Assembly (NCBI RefSeq): GCF_902713615.1
Contig: NC_052154.1
Coordinates: 159,256,754 to 159,320,753 of the forward strand
Source: Scyliorhinus canicula
Taxonomy: Eukaryota
DNA: 64,000 nucleotides
Direction: 5' to 3'
Shown: one piece after another, positions 12,501 to 25,300 of the stretch
How the letters are laid out: each line of letters starts with the position of its first letter
Position numbering within the stretch: position 1 is the stretch's first letter
The notes under the pieces: generated by a model
Seen by the model: only the letters and a program-made list of their open reading frames with translations
Databases searched by the model: none
Told to the model about the DNA's origin: nothing
Position numbers and translations under genes: made by a program

Positions 12501-15500
12501 AATGGTATACAGTTGGGAGGGAGTTGCCCTGGGAGCCCTCAACATCGACTCTGGACCCCATGAATTCCCATGGCTTCAGGTTAAACATGGGCAAAGAGAC
12601 CTGCTGTCTACCACGTACCGGTCACCATCTGCTGATGAATCAGCACTCCTACATGTTGAATACTACTTGAAGGAAGTATTGAGGGTGGAAAGGGTGCAGA
12701 ATATTCTCTGGGTGGGGGATTTCAATACCACCACAGACCAAGCTGGCCAGGTCCTAAAGGACGTAGTTGCTAGACTGGGACTGCAGCAGGTGGTGAGGGA
12801 ACCAACAAGAGGGAAAAACATACTTGACCTCATCCATCTGCCTGCTGCAGATACATCTGTCCATGACAGCATTGGTAGAAGTGACCATGCCACAGTCCTT
12901 GTGGAGACAAAGTCTCGTCTTCACATTGAGGACACTCTCCATCGTGTTGTGTGGCATGACCACCGTGCTAAATGGGATAGACTTCGAACAGACCTGTCAA
13001 CTAAAGACTGGGTAACCATGAGGTACCCTGGGCCATCAGCAGCAGCAGAATTGTACTCATTGACAATCTGCAACCTCATGGCCAGGGATATACCCCACTC
13101 TACCATAGCCACCAAATCAACTCTGCTTCAATGAATAGTGCAGGAGAGCATGCCAGAAGCAACACCAGGCATACCTAAAAATAAGATGTCAACCTGCTGA
13201 AGCTACAACACAGGACTACTTGTGTGCCAAACAGCATAAGAAGCAAGTAATAGACAGAGCTATGTGATTCCACAGCAAACGCATCAGATCTTAGCTCCGC
13301 AGTCCTGCCCACATCCAGCCCTGAATGATGGTGCACAACTAAACAACTCACTGGAGGAGGAGGCTCCACAAATATCCCCATCCTCAAATGGTGGGAAGCC
13401 CAGCACATATGTGCTGAAGACAAAGCAGAGGCATTCGCAACAATCATCAACCAGAAGTACCGAGTGGATGATCCATCTCGGTCTTCTCCTCCAGTGGTCC
13501 CCAGCATCACAGATGTCAGTCTTCAGGCAATACGATTCACTCCACGTGATATCAAGAAACATCTGAAGGCACTGGATACTGCAAAGGCTATGGGCCCTGA
13601 CAATATCCCAGCAATGGTACTGAAGACTTGTGCTCCAGAACTGGTCGTACCCCTAGCCAAGTTGTTCCAGTACAGCTACAACCCTGGCATCTACCCAGTA
13701 ATGTGGAAAATTGAGCAGGTGCGTCTTGTACACACGAATCAGGACAAATCCAACCTAGCCAATTACCACCCTATCAGTCGATTCTCCATCATAGCAAAGT
13801 AATGGAAGGGGTGATCAACAGTGCTATAAAGCAACACTTACTCAGCAATAACCTGCTCAAGTATGCTTGGTTAGGATTCCACCAGGGTCATTCAGCTCCT
13901 GACCTCATTACAGTCTTGATTGAAACATGGACAGAGATGAATGCCAGAGGTGAAGTGAGAGTAACTGCCCTTGACATCAAAGCAGCATTTGACCGAGTAC
14001 GACATTAAGGAGCCCCAGCAAAACTCGAGTCAATGGGAATCAAGGGGAAAGTCTCACTGCTGGCTGGAGGCATACCTGGCAAAAGGAAGATGGTTGTGTT
14101 GGTTGGAGGTCAATCACCACAGCTCCAGACGTCACTGCAGGAGTTCCTCAGGGTAGCGTCCTCAGCTACAGAACTGTGTTTCGGCAGGCCAAAAGGAAAA
14201 ACACTGAACTATGAAGGAACCGTATTTTATATGTTGTATGTGGCAACTGTTGCCAAAAAGCTTTCCTTGAGGCTCCATTCCGTTCTCTGCCGGTTTGTTG
14301 CAATCTTCTCCCACTCTTCAATTTTCTTTCACAGCCTACAGTTTGGTTTCCAGATGTATTCTCATCTATTGATACTATATTAAACATTTCGGTGCCACTG
14401 TGCCATCCATTGTACCATCCATTGTACAACGATCTTCAGCTGCTTCATCAATGACCTCCCTTCCATTGTAAGGTCAGAAGTGGGGATATTTGCAGATGAC
14501 TGCAATGTTCAGCACTATTTGTGACTCCTTAGATAATGAAGCAGTCCAAATCCAAATGCAGCAAGATCTGGACAATATCCAGGCTTGGGCTGACAAGTGG
14601 CAAGTTACATTTGTGCCACAAAAGTGCGAGGAAATGACCATCTCCAACAACAGAGGATCTGACCATCGCCCCATGACATTCAATGGCATTACCATCACTG
14701 AATCCTCCACAATCAACATCCTGGGGAGTTACCTTTGATCAGAAACTGAACTGGACTAGCCATATTAATACTGTGGCTACCAGAGCAGGTCAAAGGCTGG
14801 AAATCCTACAGCAAGTAACTCATCTCCTGAACCTACCAAAGCTTGTCCACCATCTACAAGGCACAAGTCAGGAGTGTAATGGAATACTCTCCATTTGCCT
14901 GGATGAGTGCAGCTCCAACAACACTCAAGAAGCTCGACACCATCCAGGACAAAGCAGCCTGCTTGATTGCTCCCCCTTCCTCAAATATTCACTACCACCA
15001 CCACCGACGAACAGTGGCAACCATGTGCACCATCTACAAGATGCACTGCAGGAACTCGCCACAGTTCCTTAGGCAGCAACTTCCAAACCCAACGACCACT
15101 ACCATCAAGAAGGACAAGAGCTGCAGACACCCGAGAACCCCACCAACTGGAGGTTTCCATCCAATTCACTCACCACCCCAACTTGGAAATATATCGCCGT
15201 TCCTTCACTGTCGATAGGTCAAATTCCTGGAACACCCTCCCTAACAGCACTGTGGGTGTACCTACACCGTAGGAACTGCAGTGATTTAAGAAGGCATCTC
15301 ACCACCACCTACTGAAGGACAACTCGGGATGGACAGTAAATGCTGGCCTAACCAGCAAAGCCCACATCTCGGAAATGAATTTTAAAAATGTTCAACTAAA
15401 AATGTTCAACTTTTAAGTGAGTAGGTGAAAAGGGTGCAAGGGCCAGAAAAGCTGCAAAATGGTTACGATATAATATTGTCATCAATAGATTTCTTTTTAA

Positions 15501-18500
15501 TAAATATTATTACAACGGTAGAACACTTCTTTCCTCATTTCTGTCATTCACAAAGAAACAATTCATAACGAAATGAAATGAAAAATGAAATGAAAATCGC
15601 TTATTGTCACGAGTAGGCTTCAATGAAGTTACTGTGAAAAGCCCCTAGTCGCCACATTCCGGCGCCTCTCCGGGGAGGCTGGCACGGGAATCGAACCGCA
15701 ATTGATGGGAAAAGTTCTACAGAACTGTGTTTCGGCAGGCCAAAAGGAAAAACACTGAACTATGAAGGAACCGTATTTTATACGTTGTATGTGGCAACTG
15801 TTGCCAAAAAGCTTTCCTTGAGGCTCCATTCCGTTCACTGCTGGTTTGCTGCAATCTTCTCCCACTCTCACAATCTTCTTTCACAGCCTACATTTTTGGT
15901 TCCAAATGTATTCTCATCTATTGATACTATACTGAACATTTCAGTGCCACTGTGCCATCCATTGTACCTTTCAATTTCGCACAGCTTTGTTTCCCACTTC
16001 AGTAATCATACAATTTAACAGCACCCGGCAGAATTCTAGATGGGGGATTTTACTATAACACATGTACTTTTAACCTAGTCATCTATGACAGGAGGGCAAA
16101 CTTTGCCAAGGGGCCGACTCTGACGTAACTCACTGATACGTCGTGGCAATATTCAACCAGGGAAGTGGGCATCCATAACAGGTTACTGCAATTGCCATGA
16201 AGCATTCATTTGAAAATTCAAGAGTGGCAGTTCTAGGAAACATGTCTTAGGCTTGCAACATTTAATGCGATCACAGAACAGTAGGAGACGGGAACCGTGT
16301 TCAATCTGAACACAAAGGGTCTAGATGTTCGGCCGAACGGAATAGTGGCTTTTGATTAAAAGCTTACCTCCATCGATTTGTAAGCGGATCGTCCTGCAGA
16401 TGCCTTCACGTTCGGCTGGATGCATCACTTTACATGTGATTTGTGCATTACTGTCCACATCAAAGTCAGGATAGACCTCAAGAACGCTGGAAACGCTGAA
16501 CGTTCCATCATTGTTTGTCTGGAAATTGGCTGCCTTGACTTTCCATTTCATGCCAGTTTCACTCATAGTTACATTCCTTTCTGTTTTATTATACATGATG
16601 AATGGGAAATGGAATCGGTTGTCTACTTGCCAGGCAGCAATCAACTTCTCTTTAGTTTCATTGCACCTCTTCCAATACCAGCTGACAGTAATAACATCAG
16701 GTCGATAACCAGACACTTGGCATACAAACTCTGCAAGTTCCTGGTGTATAACTTTTGCAGGTCTTTGAATTTCTGACACTTTTGGTGCAACTAGGAATAA
16801 AAAAAAATCAATTTCAAGTTAGATCAATCGGCCAGGCCTGCTGAGTTTTTCCAGCTTTTTTGTGTTTATTGCAAATTTCCAGCATCCATCCACGGTATTT
16901 AATAATAATCTTAATAATTGTCACAAGTAGGCTTACATTAACACTGCAATGAAGTTACTGTGAAAATCCCCTAGTCGCCACACTCGACTGTGAAGGCTTT
17001 TCATCTTGCACTCATCAAGTCTTGCACAATCTTTATGAAGGTGAAGGATTCACCATGAATGCAGGAAATTCGCTCTAGATTGGTTGGAGCAACTCACTTA
17101 GCCATTTGGCCAATTCATGTTGTGCAAAACCAATCAAGATAAGACATAAATTGACATCATCGCCATTGTTGAATACCCTGCTAACATTCTGGTGGTTACA
17201 AATGACCGGAAACTGAACTGGACTATATAAATAAGGTGCCTACAAGGGCAGGTCAGAGGCTAGGAATCCTGCGGTGAGTAACTCACCTCCTGACTCCTCA
17301 AAGCCTGTTCATCATCTACAAGGCACTGGTTAGGAATGTGATGGATTACACTCTGGATGTCTGGATGAGTGCAGCTGAAGAGGCTTGACATCGTCCAGGG
17401 CCATGATTGGTGCCTCTTCCATAAACATTCATTCCTGCCACCACCTGCAAACAGTGGCAGCTGTATGGACCATCTACAAGATGCACTGCAGGAACTTACC
17501 CAAGGTTCCTTAGGCAGCATCTTCCAAAACCTCAACTGCTACCATCTAGAAGGACAAGCCAGATGACATTTCTTTGTTAATTTACAAGATGTGTGCGGCG
17601 CTGGTTAGGCCAGGATTTACTGCCCATCCCTTGTTGCCCTTCAGAAGGTGGTGGTGAGCTCCCTTCTTAAACCGCTGCAGTACCTGATGTGTAGACACAC
17701 CCACAATGCTGTTAGGGAGAGTGTTTCAGGATTTTGACCCATTGACAGTGAAGGAACGCCGATATATTTCCAAGTCTGGGAGGTGAATGACTTGGAGGGG
17801 AACCTCCAGGTGGTGGGGTTCCCAGGTATCTGCTGTTCTTGTCCTTCTAGATGGTAGTGGCCATAGGTTTGGAAGGTGCTGCCTAAGGAACCTTGGTGAG
17901 TTACAGCAGTGCATCGTGTAGATGGTACACCGCCTGGAAGTCCCCCTCCTAGTCACTCCCCATCCTTACTTGGAAATATTGCCATTCCTTCACTGTCATT
18001 TGGTCAAAATCCTGGAATTTCCTCCCTAACAGACCACAGGGGACTGCAGAAGTTGAAGAAGAGGTCATCATCATCTTCTAAAGAATATTTAGGGGTGGAC
18101 AATAAATGCTAGCCTAACCAGGGAAGCCCACATCCTGTAAAGGAATAAGAGAAACTTTTTGTGCCTCTCGGGCAACCCAGATATACACACACATCGATGC
18201 AGCAAACCATGGGGATGAATCGCACCAGAAACACCATCAGGCAGCTTGTTACTCTTGCGTAACTCCAACAAGCGTTTTGTAACTTGCTTTCGAGCAGACC
18301 TGCATATTGATAGCAATGCCATATCCTTGTGCTCGTTCGACATTGCTAGCCTATTTACTAAGGTGCCACTCAAGGGAGCCATAGACATAATATAATAATC
18401 TGTATTCTCACAAGTAGGCTTACATTAACAGAGCAATTAAGTTATTGTGAAAAGGCCCTTGTCGCACTTTCCAGCGTCTGTTCGGGTACACGGAGGGAGA

Positions 18501-21500
18501 ATTCAGAATGTCCAATTCATCTTTCAGGACTTGTGGGAGGAAACCGGAACACCCAGAGGAAACCCACAGACACAGGGAGACCATGCAGACTCCACACGGA
18601 CAGTGACCCAAGCCAGGAATCGAACCTGGGACCCTGGAGCTGTGGAGCAACTGTGCTGAACACTGTGCTACCACACCACCATTTGTGACATTTGTGTCAT
18701 GTCACTATATCATGGCAATCTAGACATGCTGTCATCTATATTCATTGAACTTAAGGATCTAGAACATTGCGCAGTTGAGTTCAACTTTAATAACAGCATG
18801 TATGAGTAAATAGGTGATGTTGCATGGGATCACGTCTAGGCCAAGCTCTTGCTAATATTGTCAGTTTTCAACAGAAATTAGTCTTTGACAGAATGACCCC
18901 TAACTGCACACCCATTCATATTTTTGAAATGTAGATTATGAGCGCGATCTACCAGCCCGCTGTGCCTGAAAAGCAGCTCGCCGCAGCGCAACTTTGCCAA
19001 TAACTGCCAAGGGACCCGCTTCCGGGATCTACCCATTCACAAGAATTTCACAAAATGTCCCATGAAGCCCGGACATTATGGGTGGGATCACTTTTTGGCA
19101 AATCTGTATATTAGAGCGAGACAGCTAGCTTCACTCTAATATGTGGTTCCCCGAGGTAACCAAGGCGTTGGGATTTATCACCTGCGCCATAAAGACCTCA
19201 GGTGAACGCTGTTCAGAACTGGCCTACATAAACAGTGACCAGATGGAATGATATCCGTGTGGGTCCCCCAAGGGATTGGAGGCCCCAAGGTGTATGCCCT
19301 CTGGGCGGGGTGGCACCCTGACACTGATGCCACCTGGGCAGTCTGGCACTGCCATCCCACCACCCTGGCAGTGTCACCTGGGTGCCAGGCTCGCACTGCC
19401 AAGGTGCCCAGGTGGCACTGGCAGCTGGCAGGACACTGCCAGTGTGCTAGGATGGCAGTGCCAAACTGGCATCTTTGACATGGTGGTGACTGGACGGGGA
19501 GGGGCGGTGGCTGCAGAGCGGCCCTGGGATCCCCGTATAATGAGTTGGGGCTTGGGCAGAATTCGGGAGTCGTGTTGGGAGCTCGAGAGATCAGGATGCC
19601 ATTTAAAAATGGAGCCCTGATCATTTGCTGCCCTGTGGAGTTCCGGCGAGTGGAGCTCCAATAGGGCTGAGTGCGGTTTCAAGCTACGTTCCCCACTGAG
19701 GCCCCATATCTGACTGGGTGGGTGTTATATAGCAGGGTAACACGTGGCTAACTGCGCTCGCAATGGGACTCTGTTCCCATTTGGTTAGATCGGGCCCTAT
19801 ACCCGCAGTTTCAGGTAACAATTTCCTTACCCACCTTATTGGGCTCGATCCCACACTCAAATTCACCTTTAAAATAGAACAATCTAATGAGCTCCCTTCC
19901 CTCGATTTACTAATTGAGAAATCTGCCAGGGGGTTCTCTACTACTATCCACTGCAAGCTTACCTTCACTAGTGAATATGTGCGTTGAGACTCCTATAACT
20001 GTGCACCCTATAAGGTTTGCCTTAAAGGCAACCTCATAAATAGGCCCCGAGCCATGTGCTCATGAAATCTTGGTGCCAGAATAGATCACATCAAAGCTTT
20101 CCTGCAGGAAATTGGCTGTCCCAATCAGGTCTTTATTTGCTGAACATCACACAACTCATGAATGTGCCCAAGACTAACAGTTCTGGTGCCAAAAAGTGCA
20201 GAGACTACCTCGGACTACCCTGGAAGGGCAAGATATTGCAAAAATTGGAGCAACTGGTGAAGCTAGCTGTTTCACACTGCTATCATTCAGTAGCAACACA
20301 AGTGGTATTCTCCACTAACAGGATGCTGCTGTCAAGCCAAAAAGACCTTGTGCCTACTCTATGAATGAACAACTCATGTGGTATATGAGTTTCTATGCTA
20401 GTGTGATACCAGGAATGTCGGCCTTATATTCCAATGACTGGTGGATCATATCAAACTGCACATCATTTTGGCTGTTCGCAACGGGGCAGAATGTGAACTG
20501 TACTCAACCAGCCAGTGCTTGCACAACTCAGAACACAGGATACAACATTAGCTGTGATTCCGTGATTGGTCAGCTGTTACTTAACAATCCAGAATGTGCC
20601 AAGAACTACAATAACAACCAATTCAAGGTCATAAATTGGATTGCAATGGAGTTCATTTATGCTTACTAGAAACAACACCTATTTATACACAGGGTCCTGC
20701 CCTCTGTAAACACAAATGACATGTACTGACGTTTCAACAAAAGAGAAGCTTGGGTGTGGGGATGGCAACAATTCCCTAAGGTACTCCCATGGAAACACCG
20801 CAACCAAAGTTGACTTGGCTAGTTTGAATTTAGCCAAAAGCTTGTGAACAACTGTTGCCTGGTGCATTGGCCATGGCAACAGTTGTCAACCATCAGCACT
20901 CTTTCTTCATGATAATTTGTTTACTTTGAAATGTGGTATTCTTGAGATTCTATCCTGATGAGTGCAAGACGAAAAGCTTCAACAGTTTTTTCTTCTTACA
21001 ACAATACTACAATAATTATGTATTTGCATTCCAAGCCTATGGAGTAGGCCACTGTCTAGCCCACTGAGCTAAACCAGCTCAGTTGATTGAACCATTTGCT
21101 GCAATAACAGCAACGATGAAGCAATAAAAGTTTTCAATGCGCAGCCTTCCTCCCAGTTATTAACCCAAATTTCCGTTGGTGTCATCTTACTCTCAAGATT
21201 ATTCCCTAAACTGTGACTTGACTTCCGGGCGGCGAGCGAGGAGGTCGCAGGGAGAGGGGCTCCCGCAAGCGGTGGACAGCAGGAGGAACAGCCCCCCCCC
21301 CCGACAGGCCGGACGGCGGAGGAGGAGCGCCGGCGGAGGAGCCGGAGCGGGAGCCGAGGAGCCGGAGCGGAGGAGCCGAGGAGCCGGAGCGGAGGAGCCG
21401 AGGAGCCGGAGCGGAGGAGCCGAGGAGCCGGAGCGGAGGAGCCGAGGAGCCGGGGCGGAGGAGCCGAGGAGCCGGAGCGGAGGAGCCGGAGCGGAGGAGC

Positions 21501-22330
21501 CGAGGAGCCGGAGCGGGAGCGGAGGAGCCGGAGCGGAGGAGCCGGAGCGGCGACAGGGGGGCCCAACAGCAGCAGGTCCATCCCCTCTCCCTCCCCCCCC
21601 CCCCCACGCGGGCCAGGAGCGGTGCGGCGGCGGCGGCCCCTCTTCTCTCCCCCCCCCCCCCACGCGGGCCAGGAGCGGTGCGGCGGCGGCGGCCCCTCTT
21701 CTCTCCCCCCCCCCCCCCCCCCCGCGGGCCAGGGGCGGTGCGGCGGCCCCTCTTCTCCTCCCCCCCCCCCCCCCCAGCCAGCAGCGGGGACCCCCCCCCC
21801 AGCCAGCAGCGGGGACCCCCCCCCCCCCCAGCCAGCAGCGGGGACCCCCCCCCCCCAGCCAGCAGCGGGGACCCCCCCCCCCCCAGCCAGCAGCGGGGAC
21901 ACAACCCCCCCCCCAGCCAGCAGCGGGGACACAACCCCCCCCCCCCCCCCCAGCCAGCAGCGGGGACACAACCCCCCCCCCCCCCAGCCAGCAGCGGGGA
22001 CACAACCCCCCCCCCCCCCCCAGCCAGGACACAACCCCCCCCCCAGCCAGCAGCGGGGACACACCCCCCCCCCCCAGCCAGCAGCGGGGACACAACCCCC
22101 CCCCCCCCCCCCCAGCCAGCAGCGGGGACACAACCCCCCCCCCCCAACCAGCAGCGACCACCGGCCCACTCGCCCCTCCCCCCCCCCCCCCCCCAACTGC
22201 TGTGACCACCACGTGGCAAAGACAAAGGGACTCTCTCTCCTGGTTGAGTGGGGAAAAAAGAAAAAGAGACTTGTATTTCTGTTCTTCCCAAAAGAAAACT
22301 GGTAAAGAGAAAAGGGTAGGGGAAATAAAT

Positions 22331-22379
<49 letters not shown>

Positions 22380-25300
22380 TAGATATATAATAATAAATAA
22401 AATAAAAATTGGGTGCGGAAAAGGGGGAAAAAGAAGAACAAGGAGAGAAGAAAAGATGAAGGGGAAGGGGGAGAAAAAAGTGCCAGAAAGGAGCCAAGAG
22501 AAAGGGGGCACCGGAAGTAGACTGGGCAAAGGGAAAGCCAGCTCGGGCGAACGAGTCAACACGCGAAGCGGCGGGAAGGATGCTTCGCCGCATCCAGAAG
22601 AGCTGGACGGGCGGGCAACCTCTCCCCTGGGGTTAGAGGGGGGCGTGAATTGGAAGGAAGCCTTTGCCGAGGTGGTGAGGGAGCAGCTGCAGGCATTCAA
22701 GGCAGAGTTAAAAGCAGACGCAGAGGCCGCAGCACAGGCAGCAGTGACCAGGGCCATGTCAGGGGTGCAGCAGGTTCTGACCAGATTGGAGAAGAAAGTG
22801 GATGCCCAAGGGAAGATACTGGAAGCCCAAGGGAAGATACTGGAAGCCCAGGGGGCAACCATTAAAGAGCTGGAGAAGGCAGCGACTGACGCGAGCGACC
22901 GGGTCATATCCCTGGAGAGGGGAATGGTGAAACTGAGTGCAACACAGGGGAGCCTGAAGGGCAGGGTAGACGACCAGGAGATCAGCTCGAGAAGGCAAAA
23001 TATCAAGATAGTGGGCCTGCCAGAGGGGATAGAGGGTAGAAATCCCACAACATTCGTGGCTGCGATGCTGGGCTCCTTAGTGGGGCGGGAAACTTTTCCC
23101 ACCCCACCGGAAATGGACAGAGCTCATCGGTCACTGCGCCCGAAGCCCAAGGAAGGGGAAAAACCGAGAGCAGTTATAGCCAGACTGCACCGGTACCGGG
23201 ATAGGGAGACAATCCTGCGCTGGGCCAAGGAGAATAGAGCCTGCAATTGGGACGGGCACGCCATCCGAATCTACGAGGATTTTGGAGCGGACATAGCTAA
23301 GAGACGGGCGGAGTTCAACAGAGCGAAAGCAGCTCTCTATAAGAACAAAGTACGATTTGGTATGCTGTACCCAGCAAAACTCTGGGTCACATACCAACAC
23401 AAGGAATATTTCTTTACAGCCCCTGCCGAGGCGAATAGATTCGTCGAGGAGCACGGGCTGGAAAAACGCCATGGGAAGTAGGGACGAGGGGCCCATGGCA
23501 AGGAGACACGTCATGCCGACGGGGGGGTGGGGAGGGGCAAGGCAAAGCCAGCCCCCTCCCCCCTGGCAGAAACACCCAGAACGGAAAACAACCCAATGCC
23601 CTAGGGCCCGCTCCAGGTGGGAGGACAGGCCCCGGCACGAGGGAACGGGAGTACTGGAGAGGGGAGAGGGGAAGCGGGACAGCAACCTCCGAGAGGGGAG
23701 CCACCGTGCTAGCAGGAAAGCTAGCGAAGGGGGCGCGCAACAGAGCAGGGCCGCAGCGCACCCCCAACAGGGGGGAAGGCGCCAGGCAGGGGAGGGGGGG
23801 GATCACCCATCAAAGGTGGGAGAGCAAATGGGGACAGGAATGGGGGAGAGAGGGGCAATGGAGGGGTACACAGGGGTATCCCCGAAAGGGATAGAGCGGG
23901 GGGGGGGGGCACCCGGGGGGCGAGAGACCAGGGAGGGGAAACGCAGGGACGAAGGGACAAAAGAGGCCAGTAAGGGAATAGGGCCACAAAGTGCCACAGA
24001 CAAGGGCTCGAAACAGGGAACTGCTGCAAGCACCCACCCAGTACGGTCTTGTGGGTGAAGGGGCCCCCCGGAGTGCAGGGGACTACCCGCGTGGCGGACA
24101 CAAAGTGGACGGCCATGGCGGGTGTCCCCGGGACAAGGGGGAACCCCGGAGCGCAGGGACCCGACCGCATGGGGAGAGCAGTGATAGTGGACATCCTGGA
24201 CGGCCCCCTAACATAGGGAAACCCCAGAGGGCAGGGGCGCGTCCACCGGACAAATATGGTTAACCCCACAGGAGCAAGGGGGCAGAAGCCCCCCACCAGA
24301 ATAGTCACCTGGAACGTAAGGGGACTTAACGGCCCAGTGAAGAGATCTAGAGTCCTCACCCACCTTAGAAACATGAGGGCCGACTTAGTCTTCCTCCAAG
24401 AGACGCACTTGAGGGAGCAGGACCAACTGCGGGTAAGAAAGGGCTGGGTGGGACAAACCTATCATTCCTGTTATGGGGCAAGGGCCAGGGGGGTGGCGAT
24501 CCTGATTGGCAAGAGGACAATGTTTAGGGCGACAAAGACGGTTACGGACCCAGGGGGACGGTATGTCATGGTCAGCGGGGCCCTGGATGGGGCGCCGGTA
24601 GTTCTAGTTAACGTGTACGCGCCCAACTGGGACGACACGAGCTTCATCCAAAAGACCATGGCAGAAATCCCGGACATAGCGACGCACCGACTAATCATGG
24701 GGGGGGGACTTCAACTGTGTACAGGACCCAACGACGGACAGATCAAACCCCAGAACGGGGAAAACCTCAAACATGGCAAGGGAACTCAGCCACTATATGG
24801 AGCAGATGGGAGCAGTAGACCCCTGGAGATTCGCCCACCCGGGGTAGAAAGAATTCTCTTTCTTCTCCCCAGTACACAACGTGTACACCAGAATTGACTT
24901 CTTTGTGGTGGGGAAAACGGTGCTTCCAGAGATAGACAAGGTGGAATACTCCGCAATTGTGATATCAGACCACGCTCCACACTACATGGATGTGCGGCTA
25001 GAGACGGGAAGGGCCCAGCGCCCCAAATGGAGGTTGGACGGTGCCTTACTAGCTGACAAGGCCTTCAGCGAAAGGATAGCGCAGGCCATAGCGGAGTACA
25101 CTGAGATCAACCAAAACGGGGAGGTCTCACCCTCCACGTTCTGGGAAGCGCTTAAGGCCGTACTAAGAGGGGAAATCATAGCCTACAAAGCGCAAAGAGA
25201 TAGGGAGGAAAGGGTGGCTAGGCAGAAGCTGGTCGACTCCATACTGGAGGTAGACCATAAATACTCCGAGGCCCCGACTGTAGAACTCCTGGCGGAGAGA

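Noticed and set aside
21770-22155. CRISPR-like array
   Set aside because: Eukaryotic context; the 'spacers' are just C-runs, and the array is part of an L1 5'UTR.
21069-23102. Long Gly/Pro/Ala-rich ORFs (677, 464, 404, 361 aa and others) over the L1 5'UTR
   Set aside because: They are stop-free only because of GC tandem repeats and include antisense ORF1; no domain-like sequence.
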